NCBI GenBank assembly: GCA_963822445.1
Contig: CAWGHO010000002.1
Span: 768,001 to 832,000 of the forward strand
Direction of reading: 5' to 3'
Length of the DNA stretch: 64,000 bases
Source of the DNA: an uncultured Acidobacteriota bacterium
GTDB lineage: Bacteria > Acidobacteriota > Thermoanaerobaculia > Gp7-AA8
The notes under the pieces are model-generated. The model was not told the origin of the DNA and ran no database searches. It saw only the letters and a program-made list of their open reading frames with translations. Shown one piece after another: positions 48,684 to 55,948 of this stretch. Each line of letters opens with the position of its first letter. Position 1 is the stretch's first letter. Position numbers and translations under genes: made by a program.

Positions 48684-49086
48684 GGCGACAAGGACAGTCC
48701 GGGCCGGCGGCGCACACCGCTCCTGACGGATTGTTAGGTGTGTGTTCCGTGAACGGGTTCTGACAAAGGACGTTCTGGTCGCACAAAGGGTCGCGGGTTC
48801 GAGTCCCGCCACGGCCCGAAGGCCGTGTAGCTCAGTTGGGTAGAGCACAGGACTGCTAATCCTGCTTCGATTAAACGACTGATCGCCGTTAGTGATCACC
48901 GGCCGAGGCGAAACATCCTCGGTACCGCCCGCCGGTTAGTACAACGGCAAGCGCGAACGACAGCCCTGCAGCACTCGCGCGCAGTACGCCCGATCTCCGT
49001 GTGTGCGTACGGAGAAACGTCGTAAACGGCGCGATGCTCCGCTTAGAACGCGTGGCGGCCGCGAATGTCAGCCCGGCCGGTCTTTT
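48684..49086 (+). ncRNA. Putative structured ncRNA of about 400 nt, Y-RNA-like, containing a permuted tRNA-like domain
   Basis: No plausible CDS; 5'/3' pairing AAGGAC..CCGGGC with GCCCGG..GTCTTT; many internal hairpins; tRNA module at 48793-48864. Confidence 0.65.
48786..48864 (+). tRNA. Circularly permuted tRNA-like module, anticodon GCT (Ser); not a canonical tRNA gene
   Basis: T arm GCGGG-TTCGAGT-CCCGC, acceptor CACGGCC-CGAA-GGCCGTG, TA, D arm GCTC-AGTTGGGTA-GAGC, A, anticodon arm CAGGA-CTGCTAA-TCCTG. Confidence 0.8.
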
Positions 49087-49159
49087 AGTAGGCAGTAGGC
49101 AGTAGGCAGTAGGCGGGGGGTATGAAGCGTTCTACCGCCTACTGCCTACTGCCTACCGC
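49087..49159. repeat. Inverted heptamer tandem-repeat hairpin (AGTAGGC)n / (GCCTACT)n
   Basis: Directly visible; ends GCCTACCGCGAGGCG like the element at 1522-1588. Confidence 0.85.
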
Positions 49160-49201
49160 GAGGCGGCGCAAGCCGCCGTACTAATCAAAGGAGGTACCAA
49201 A

Positions 49202-50302
49202 ATGATCCGTAGAATCAAAATCAATCCACACGAGCGTGGACTCCTGTTCCGCGAGGGCGATTTCAAGGCCGTGCTGCGGCCGGGCGTGCACTGGTACCTC
49301 GATCCGCTTCTGAAACTGCGTGTCGACGTCGTTTCGCCGCGTGATCCGTGGCTCGTGCATCGCGATCTCGACCTCATTGTGAAGTCGGGTGCCCTCAACG
49401 GTCAGGCCACGGTTGCTGATCTCAAGGACAACGAGCGGGCACTGGTCTGGATCGACGGCCGGTTCTCCGGCGTCATCGGCAGCGGTCTGTACGCGCTGTG
49501 GACCACGGAGCATGAAATTCGCGTCGAGGTGATCGACGCGCGAGCGACGCAGCTCGTGCACAGTGAGCTGTCGGTCATTGTGCGGTCTGCATCGGCGGCG
49601 ACATATCTCGACGTAATGCACGTCGAGGCCGGTCATGCCGGGGTTTGGTTCAAGGACGGTGCATACCAGGCCACGCTTTCGCCGGGTACGTACGCGTTCT
49701 GGAAGGGAAACGCGAAGGTGAAGCTGTACGACGTCGATCTCCGGGAGCAGGTGCTCGACATCAGCGGTCAGGAAATCATGACCGCCGACAAGGTCACTCT
49801 GCGTCTCAATGCACTGGTGCATTACAAGGTCACCGACCCGCTGCGGTCGGTGATGGAGGTCGACGGTGCGGCACAGGCGCTTTACCGCTCCTCGCAGCTC
49901 GCGCTGCGTGAGGCGGTCGGCGCAAAGGACCTCGACACGATCCTGGTCGCGAAGGACACGCTCGCGAGCGAGCTGTCCGTAATGGTCCAGGCGCGTGCCG
50001 CGGAACTGGGAATCACCGTCGTGGCCGCGGGCGTCAAGGACGTCATCCTGCCGGGTGACATGAAAGATCTGATGAACAAGGTCACGGAGGCAAAGAAGGC
50101 CGCGGAGGCGTCGCTCATCACGCGTCGTGAGGAGACGGCGGCAATGCGGATGCAGGCCAACACCGCGAAGATCCTCGAGTCCAACCCGACGCTGATGAAG
50201 CTGAAGGAGCTCGAGGTGCTGGAGAAGGTCGCCGACAAGGCGAACCTGACCGTGCTCCTCGGCGACGAGGGTCTCGCCAACAAGGTAGTCAAACTGCTGT
50301 AG
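49202..50302 (+). CDS. Slipin family (SPFH/Band 7) protein
   Basis: AAGGAGG RBS; repeated ERGLLF..G..L.PG units; GQEIMTADKV, QLALRE, KDVILPG, RREETAA.R..ANTA. Confidence 0.92.
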   Translation: MIRRIKINPHERGLLFREGDFKAVLRPGVHWYLDPLLKLRVDVVSPRDPWLVHRDLDLIVKSGALNGQATVADLKDNERALVWIDGRFSGVIGSGLYALWTTEHEIRVEVIDARATQLVHSELSVIVRSASAATYLDVMHVEAGHAGVWFKDGAYQATLSPGTYAFWKGNAKVKLYDVDLREQVLDISGQEIMTADKVTLRLNALVHYKVTDPLRSVMEVDGAAQALYRSSQLALREAVGAKDLDTILVAKDTLASELSVMVQARAAELGITVVAAGVKDVILPGDMKDLMNKVTEAKKAAEASLITRREETAAMRMQANTAKILESNPTLMKLKELEVLEKVADKANLTVLLGDEGLANKVVKLL

Positions 50303-50311
50303 CCGGCACGG

Positions 50312-50470
50312 CCGGCAGCGCTCGTTGCTGCGCTCACGCACGTGCGGCTGCCGGAAAGTTCAATCTGCGAGTAACGAAAACTGGAGGGGCGGGCGGACAA
50401 GCGAGCCCGTCCCTCACTGACTGGTGCGGATCTGACTCGCGACGCCGATCAGTCAGGAAACGTCAGCTGG
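50312..50470 (+). ncRNA. Putative structured non-coding element downstream of slipin
   Basis: Stems CCGGCAGC/GCTGCCGG, GAGGGGCGGGC/GCCCGTCCCTC, CTGACTGGT/ATCAGTCAG; no U-tract. Confidence 0.4.
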
Positions 50471-50661
50471 CGGTGCGGCGGCGACAAGCTCAATCACTTC
50501 ATGCGCTGGAATACGACAGCGCCCGCTGTCATCTCGAGCGCGCCATGCGCGCCGATCCGAACTGCCTTGGCGAACTGAACGCGCGCATCAAATCGCTCAA
50601 ACAGCTCGACGAGCTCGGCATCCAGCAACGATGCCTTTACGACCTCATCGAAAGAACACGC

Positions 50662-50687
50662 GAAGGGCGACCGAAGGGTCGCCTTTC
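50662..50687 (-). terminator. Hairpin at the stop codon of the histidine phosphatase gene
   Basis: GAAGGGCGACC-GAAG-GGTCGCCTTTC; weak U tract. Confidence 0.5.
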
Positions 50688-51195
50688 AGCGTTTGGGCGC
50701 GCCGTATCGCAACGACACGAGCTTCGGCGACGCGCCTTTGACCAGCGTCACGATGAACAGATCGTCGTACGTCGAGTCGGGCATGTCCGGAACGGTTGCG
50801 CCGAGGGCGCGGATTACGTCGGGCGTGGTGTTCGAGTGGCCGGAGATGAGTACCGTGTCGCCCTCGTGCTTCTCGCGGATGATTTTCACCATCTCTTCGA
50901 CATATGTCTTGCCGGCGCCCACTTCCTCGACCTTCACGCCCAGCTTTTCAGCGACCGGCGCCACGGTCTTGCGCGTGCGCTCGAACGGCGTCGAATAAAT
51001 CGCGTCCAGCTTCACTCCTTCGAGCACGCGGGCCAGCTCGTTCGCGCGGGCCAGACCGGCTTCGCTCAACGGCACATCGCCTGACGGCCCGGCCTTTTCG
51101 CCGTGGCGGACGAGGATCACCGTCGTGATCTCCGGCCCTCCGTTCGCGAAGGCGGACGTGGCGAGGAGGAGCAGGGCGAGGATCGCTCGTTTCAT
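50686..51195 (-). CDS. Exported histidine phosphatase (phosphoglycerate mutase/SixA-like)
   Basis: Signal peptide; LVRHGEK, LSEAG, SGHSNT. Confidence 0.9.
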   Translation of the reverse strand: MKRAILALLLLATSAFANGGPEITTVILVRHGEKAGPSGDVPLSEAGLARANELARVLEGVKLDAIYSTPFERTRKTVAPVAEKLGVKVEEVGAGKTYVEEMVKIIREKHEGDTVLISGHSNTTPDVIRALGATVPDMPDSTYDDLFIVTLVKGASPKLVSLRYGAPKR

Positions 51196-51263
51196 GGCGC
51201 GAGAGTGTAGGTCAGCTACGACGGGTAGAGGGCCGAAGTTCATTTGGTATATTCAATCGCCTC

Positions 51264-54200
51264 GTGCCCCTAACGTCATTCCATCCCGTCGTTCAACGCT
51301 GGTTCACTGAAACACTCGGTCAACCGACCCCCGCCCAGCAGCAAGGCTGGGCCGCCATCCGCGAGCGGCAGCACACCCTCATCGCCGCGCCGACGGGCTC
51401 CGGCAAGACCCTGGCGGCGTTCCTCACCGCGCTCGACGATCTCTTCCAGGAAAGCCTGCAAACCCCTCTGCCGGATGAAGTTCGGGTCGTTTATGTCTCG
51501 CCGCTCAAGGCGCTGAGCACCGACATCCACAAGAACCTCGCCGAGCCGCGCCTCGGGATTCGCAAGCTGGCCGAGGAGATGGGGCTGGGGACGCCGCGGA
51601 TCACGGCGGCGGTACGGACCGGCGACACGACTCAGGGCGAGCGCGCGTCGATGCTGAAAACGCCGCCGCACATCCTCGTGACCACGCCCGAGTCGCTCTA
51701 CCTCCTGCTCACCGCCGAGCGGGGAAGGGAGATGTTGCGCACGACGCGGACGGTGATCGTCGATGAGATCCACGCGCTGATCGGCACGCGCCGCGGCGCG
51801 CATCTCGCGCTGACGCTGGAGCGCCTGCAGCAGGTCGCCGAAGCGCCGCTGTTGCGACTGGGATTGTCGGCGACGCAGAAGCCGATCGATGAAGTGGCCA
51901 GGTACCTGACTGCAGGCGCCGATTGCACCATCGTCAACGAAGGCCACCGCCGGGCCATGGATCTCTCGCTGGAGATCCCCCGCTCTCGTCTCGACGCGGT
52001 GATGTCGGCTGAGGTCTGGACGGAGTACTACGAGCGCCTCACGGAGCTGATCGGCGCGCATCGCACGACGCTCGTGTTCGTGAACACGCGCAAGATGGCC
52101 GAGAGGGTCGCCCGCCACCTCACCGAGCGCCTCGGCGAAGACGCGGTCACCGCGCATCACGGCAGCCTCTCGAAAGAGAACCGTCTCGACGCCGAAACGC
52201 GCCTCAAGACCGGACAACTCAAGGCCCTCGTGGCCACGGCGTCGCTGGAGCTGGGCATCGACATCGGCCACGTCGACCTGGTCTGCCAGATCGGCTCCCC
52301 GCATCGCATCGCCACGTTCCTGCAGCGCGTCGGACGGTCCGGTCACACCGTCTCCGGCCTGCCGAAAGGCCGCGTGTTTCCGGTGTCGCGCGACGATCTG
52401 GTCGAATGCGCGGCGCTCCTGCGCTCCGTGCGCCGCGGTGAGCTCGACGCGATCATCACGCACGACGCGCCGCTCGACGTGCTCGCGCAACAGATCGTTG
52501 CCGAGGCTTCCTGCGAGGATTACTCGGAAGAGGGTTTGTTCGCGATGGTGCGCCGGGCCTGGCCGTATCGCGATCTCGCGCGCAAGGACTTCGATGAAGT
52601 CGTGAAGATGACCGCGGACGGATTCGCGACCAAGCGCGGACGCCGCGGCGCGCTGCTGCATCGCGATGAAGTGAATGGAAACGTTCGCGGACGCCGCGGA
52701 TCGCGCCAGCTGGCCATCACCTCCGGCGGCGCGATTCCGGAAGTCGCCGACTATCGCGTGGTCATGGAGCCGGACGAGACGTTCATCGGCACGCTCAACG
52801 AGGACTTCGCCATCGAGAGCAACGTCGGCGACATCTTCCAGCTCGGCAACATGTCCTGGCGCGTGCTGCAGGTGGCCGGCGGCGTGGTGCGCGTTGCCGA
52901 CGCCAAAGGCTCGCCGCCGAGCATCCCCTTCTGGTTCGGCGAGGCGCCGGGGCGGAGCGATGAGTTGTCGCGGGCGGTGAGTGACTTGCGGGCGGACGTC
53001 GAGGAGAGGCTCAAAGGCGCAGAGGCTCAAAGGCGCAAAGAGGACGTCGCCGAACCTTTGAGCCCTTGCGCCCTTGAGCCTTTGAGCCTTGTCGCGTGGC
53101 TGATCGACGAATGTTCCATCCCCGAGTCCGCCGCAATCGAAATCGCCGACTACCTCACCGAATCCAAACGCATCCTCGGCGTGCTCCCCACCCAGGACAC
53201 GCTCGTGCTGGAGCGCTTCTTCGACGAATCGGGCGGGATGCAGCTCGTGCTGCACGCGCCGTTCGGGAGCCGGATCAACAAGGCCTGGGGGCTCGCGCTG
53301 CGGAAGCGTTTCTGCAGGCAGTTCGATTTCGAATTGCAGGCCGCGGCAACCGAAGACGCCGTGCTGCTCTCGCTCGGTCCGCAGCATTCCTTCCCGCTCG
53401 CGGACGTCTTCCGTTATCTCCATCCGGCGACGGCGAAGGACGTGCTGGTCCAGGCGTTCCTCGATGCGCCGGTGTGGCAGACGCGGTGGCGCTGGAATGC
53501 CACGGTCTCGCTGGCCGTGCCGCGGAATCGCAACGGGAAGAAGGTCGCGCCGCAACTGCAGCGGATGATCGCCGACGATCTGATGGCCGGTGTCTTCCCC
53601 GATGCCGCGGCCTGTTTCGAGAATGTGGCCGGCGATCGCAAGATCCCCGACCATCCGCTCGTCAATCAGGCCGTGCGTGATTGCCTCGAGGAGGCGATGG
53701 ATTTCGAGGGGCTGTCGCGAGTGCTCACGCGGATTCATGCGGATGAGATCGAGCTCATTGCGCGCGACACGCCTGAGCCCTCGCCGCTCTCGCACGAGAT
53801 TCTCAACGCCAAACCCTACGCATTTCTCGACGATGCACCGCTGGAAGAGCGCCGCACGCAGGCCGTCTACACCCGCCGCGCCGGCGACGTCTCCTCGGCC
53901 AATGACCTCGGTGCACTCGACGTCGCAGCAATGGTCCGCGTTCGCGATGAGGCGCGGCCCGACCCTCGCGATGCGGATGAATTGCACGATGCGCTGCTGA
54001 GCGCGGGATTCCTCACGGATGTGGATGAGGAGTTGATTGCGAAGCTCGCCGCGACGAAGCGCGTGGCGTGTGCGGGAAACGCGTGGATCGCCGCGGAGCG
54101 CATCCCCGAGTTCCTCGCCATTCATCCGACCACGCAGTTCGCGGTCACCGCTCCGCAAAGCCGCAATCGCGAATGGTCCCGCGAGGACGCCATCAAGGAA

Positions 54201-55421
54201 ATCCTCCGCGGACGCATGACCATCCTCGGTCCGACCACGGCCGACGCGCTCGCAGCGTCGCTGAACATCGACAAGAGCGAAGCCGACGCCGCGCTGATCG
54301 CGCTCGAATCGGAGGGCGTCGTGCTGCGCGGCTCATTCGAGCATCGCAACGGCGTGGAGTGGTGCGATCGCCGCCTGCTCGCGCGCATCCATCGCTACAC
54401 CATCAACCGCCTGCGCGCGGAGATCGAGCCGGTCAACGCGGCGACGTTCCAGCGCTTCCTGTTCGCCTGGCAGCACGTCGCGCCGTTCACCAAGCTCGCC
54501 GGCGTCGACGGACTGCAGAAAATCCTCACCCAGCTCGACGGATATGAAGTCGCCGCCGGGGCGTGGGAGAAAACGGTGCTCCCCGCACGCGTCGAAGGCT
54601 ACGAGCCGTCGATGCTGGACATGCTCTGCCTGACCGGCGAAGTGGCCTGGGCGCGCTTGTCCGCGCCGACCGCGGCGACGGTCGTTTCCGCTACACCGAT
54701 TGCGCTATTCCTGCGGGCGAATGCCGAGGCCTGGCAGTCGGAGCGCGGAACGATCGAGTTGAGCCCGCGGGCGACGAACATCCTCGAGATCCTGAGAACG
54801 CGCGGAGCCTGCTTTGCCCGCGATCTCAACGACGATCTGCTCTCGCTGAGCGAGCTCGTTTCGGCGGGACTGATTGCATCGGATGGATTCGCCGGCCTGC
54901 GCACGCTCATCGCCGCAGCGAACGATCATCGTCCACGTGCGAACTTCTCCGGACGCTGGTCAGCACTTCCGCCCGGGTCCGAGCGCGACGAAAACGCGGT
55001 CGAGATTCAGGCAAAGGCTTTTCTGCGGCGCTACGGAATCGTCTTCCGGCGCCTGCTCACCCGCGAGGCCAGCGCGGCGCCGTGGCGCGAGCTGTCGCGG
55101 ATCTATCGGAGGCTGGAGGCGCGCGGCGAGATTCGCGGCGGGCGCTTCGTGCACGGCATGAGCGGCGAGCAGTTCGCGCTGCCCGAAGCGGTCGAGCGCC
55201 TGCGCGAGATCCGCCGCCAGCCCGCCGACGGCCGGATCATCAGCATCAGCGCCGCCGATCCGCTGAACCTCACCGGCATCCTGACGTCGGACGAGCGAAT
55301 CCGCGCGGCCACCAACACGGTCATCTCCTACCGCGACGGAATAGTGCAGAGCGAGCCCGGCGCACACGCCGATTACCAGCCCGAGCGTCACTTCGACCAG
55401 CGTGTGCCGCTTCAGGCGTAA
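51264..55421 (+). CDS. lhr: Lhr family ATP-dependent DEAH helicase (long form)
   Basis: APTGSGKT, SPLKAL, TTPESL, DEIH, SAT, SLELGID, QRVGRSGH; C-terminal RGGRFV..SGEQFA, ADPLN. Confidence 0.93.
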   Translation: MPLTSFHPVVQRWFTETLGQPTPAQQQGWAAIRERQHTLIAAPTGSGKTLAAFLTALDDLFQESLQTPLPDEVRVVYVSPLKALSTDIHKNLAEPRLGIRKLAEEMGLGTPRITAAVRTGDTTQGERASMLKTPPHILVTTPESLYLLLTAERGREMLRTTRTVIVDEIHALIGTRRGAHLALTLERLQQVAEAPLLRLGLSATQKPIDEVARYLTAGADCTIVNEGHRRAMDLSLEIPRSRLDAVMSAEVWTEYYERLTELIGAHRTTLVFVNTRKMAERVARHLTERLGEDAVTAHHGSLSKENRLDAETRLKTGQLKALVATASLELGIDIGHVDLVCQIGSPHRIATFLQRVGRSGHTVSGLPKGRVFPVSRDDLVECAALLRSVRRGELDAIITHDAPLDVLAQQIVAEASCEDYSEEGLFAMVRRAWPYRDLARKDFDEVVKMTADGFATKRGRRGALLHRDEVNGNVRGRRGSRQLAITSGGAIPEVADYRVVMEPDETFIGTLNEDFAIESNVGDIFQLGNMSWRVLQVAGGVVRVADAKGSPPSIPFWFGEAPGRSDELSRAVSDLRADVEERLKGAEAQRRKEDVAEPLSPCALEPLSLVAWLIDECSIPESAAIEIADYLTESKRILGVLPTQDTLVLERFFDESGGMQLVLHAPFGSRINKAWGLALRKRFCRQFDFELQAAATEDAVLLSLGPQHSFPLADVFRYLHPATAKDVLVQAFLDAPVWQTRWRWNATVSLAVPRNRNGKKVAPQLQRMIADDLMAGVFPDAAACFENVAGDRKIPDHPLVNQAVRDCLEEAMDFEGLSRVLTRIHADEIELIARDTPEPSPLSHEILNAKPYAFLDDAPLEERRTQAVYTRRAGDVSSANDLGALDVAAMVRVRDEARPDPRDADELHDALLSAGFLTDVDEELIAKLAATKRVACAGNAWIAAERIPEFLAIHPTTQFAVTAPQSRNREWSREDAIKEILRGRMTILGPTTADALAASLNIDKSEADAALIALESEGVVLRGSFEHRNGVEWCDRRLLARIHRYTINRLRAEIEPVNAATFQRFLFAWQHVAPFTKLAGVDGLQKILTQLDGYEVAAGAWEKTVLPARVEGYEPSMLDMLCLTGEVAWARLSAPTAATVVSATPIALFLRANAEAWQSERGTIELSPRATNILEILRTRGACFARDLNDDLLSLSELVSAGLIASDGFAGLRTLIAAANDHRPRANFSGRWSALPPGSERDENAVEIQAKAFLRRYGIVFRRLLTREASAAPWRELSRIYRRLEARGEIRGGRFVHGMSGEQFALPEAVERLREIRRQPADGRIISISAADPLNLTGILTSDERIRAATNTVISYRDGIVQSEPGAHADYQPERHFDQRVPLQA
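53007..53089. repeat. Inverted octamer tandem-repeat hairpin inside the lhr reading frame
   Basis: (AGGCTCAA/AGGCGCAR)x4 ... (TTGAGCCY/TTGCGCCC)x4; frame preserved. Confidence 0.85.
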
Positions 55422-55883
55422 CCGCGACCAGATCAGCAGCGGCACCAGCGCGGCGATCGCCCAGCCCACCGGCGATCGAAAAAAAAGCAGCGCCGTCGCC
55501 GAATACGCGGCGAGCGCCAGATGCAGCGAGACCTTCACCCAACGCGTCAGGATCGCGCAGAGAAGGAGCATGACCAGCGTCACGACCAGCCCCCGCATCA
55601 GCGGCGATCGCGGCTGCGTGACCGCGAGCCACGCGAACCAGGCCACGACCGCGCTGATCCCGACAATGTAGAGGAGTGGCCGTTCTCGGCGATGGGTTGC
55701 GTCGACATGCTCCCAGGCTCCGCGGCGCACCTGCCGGATCATCAGGATCGCTATCGGGACGATGACAATGGCGACGAAGGCGAGGGCCGTACCCTGGCTG
55801 CGACGGCCGGAGGCCACGACCAGGGCCGTCGCGGTCACGAAGGGATGGCCGACGATCGAGACCCACCGGGCAACCTTTTCCAC
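54960..55883 (-). CDS. PAP2-like membrane protein; true 3' end uncertain (hydrophobic part ends near 55345)
   Basis: KVSLH and WSRLRLKRHT..EV..G motifs; the ORF runs on antisense into lhr. Confidence 0.7.
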   Translation of the reverse strand: MEKVARWVSIVGHPFVTATALVVASGRRSQGTALAFVAIVIVPIAILMIRQVRRGAWEHVDATHRRERPLLYIVGISAVVAWFAWLAVTQPRSPLMRGLVVTLVMLLLCAILTRWVKVSLHLALAAYSATALLFFRSPVGWAIAALVPLLIWSRLRLKRHTLVEVTLGLVIGVCAGLALHYSVAVGDDRVGGRADSLVRRQDAGEVQRIGGADADDPAVGGLAADLAQALDRFGQRELLAAHAVHEAPAANLAARLQPPIDPRQLAPRRRAGLAGEQAPEDDSVAPQKSLCLNLDRVFVALGPGRKC

Positions 55884-55900
55884 AGAGGAAGCGTACCTGC

Positions 55901-55930
55901 TAACCGACCTCCCCCCGGTGCGTAACTAGC
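55901..55930 (+). promoter_or_regulatory. Putative ECF-type promoter
   Basis: TAACC-N15-CGTAACTAGC; matches 30892-30921. Confidence 0.6.
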
Positions 55931-55948
55931 GGGCAAAGAGGAAAGCTC

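Noticed and set aside
48688-48887. Permuted group I intron (CAGTC/GACTG resembles P7)
   Set aside because: No room for P1-P6 between the tRNA module and the R-like element; simple helix pairing explains it.
48821-48900. Ordinary tRNA-Ser gene or phage att-site tRNA fragment
   Set aside because: No T arm follows the anticodon arm; the matching 3' half lies upstream; no integrase nearby.
48870-49020. Hammerhead ribozyme (CTGA and GAAAC words)
   Set aside because: No CUGANGA core in the right position relative to a stem and GAAA.
48690-49080. RNase P RNA (AAGGACAGTCCGGGC ... GCCCGGC resembles the P4 helix; similar length)
   Set aside because: The other conserved regions (ACAGAAA, GGUGAAA, GGUAAGAG, GAGCAAG) and the P1-P3 helices are absent.
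51276-54158. Long antisense ORFs (960 aa here; also 25664-27688, 8505-10271, 5732-7522, 38414-40174, 61734-63419)
   Set aside because: Shadow frames of real genes, expected at high GC; no recognisable motifs.
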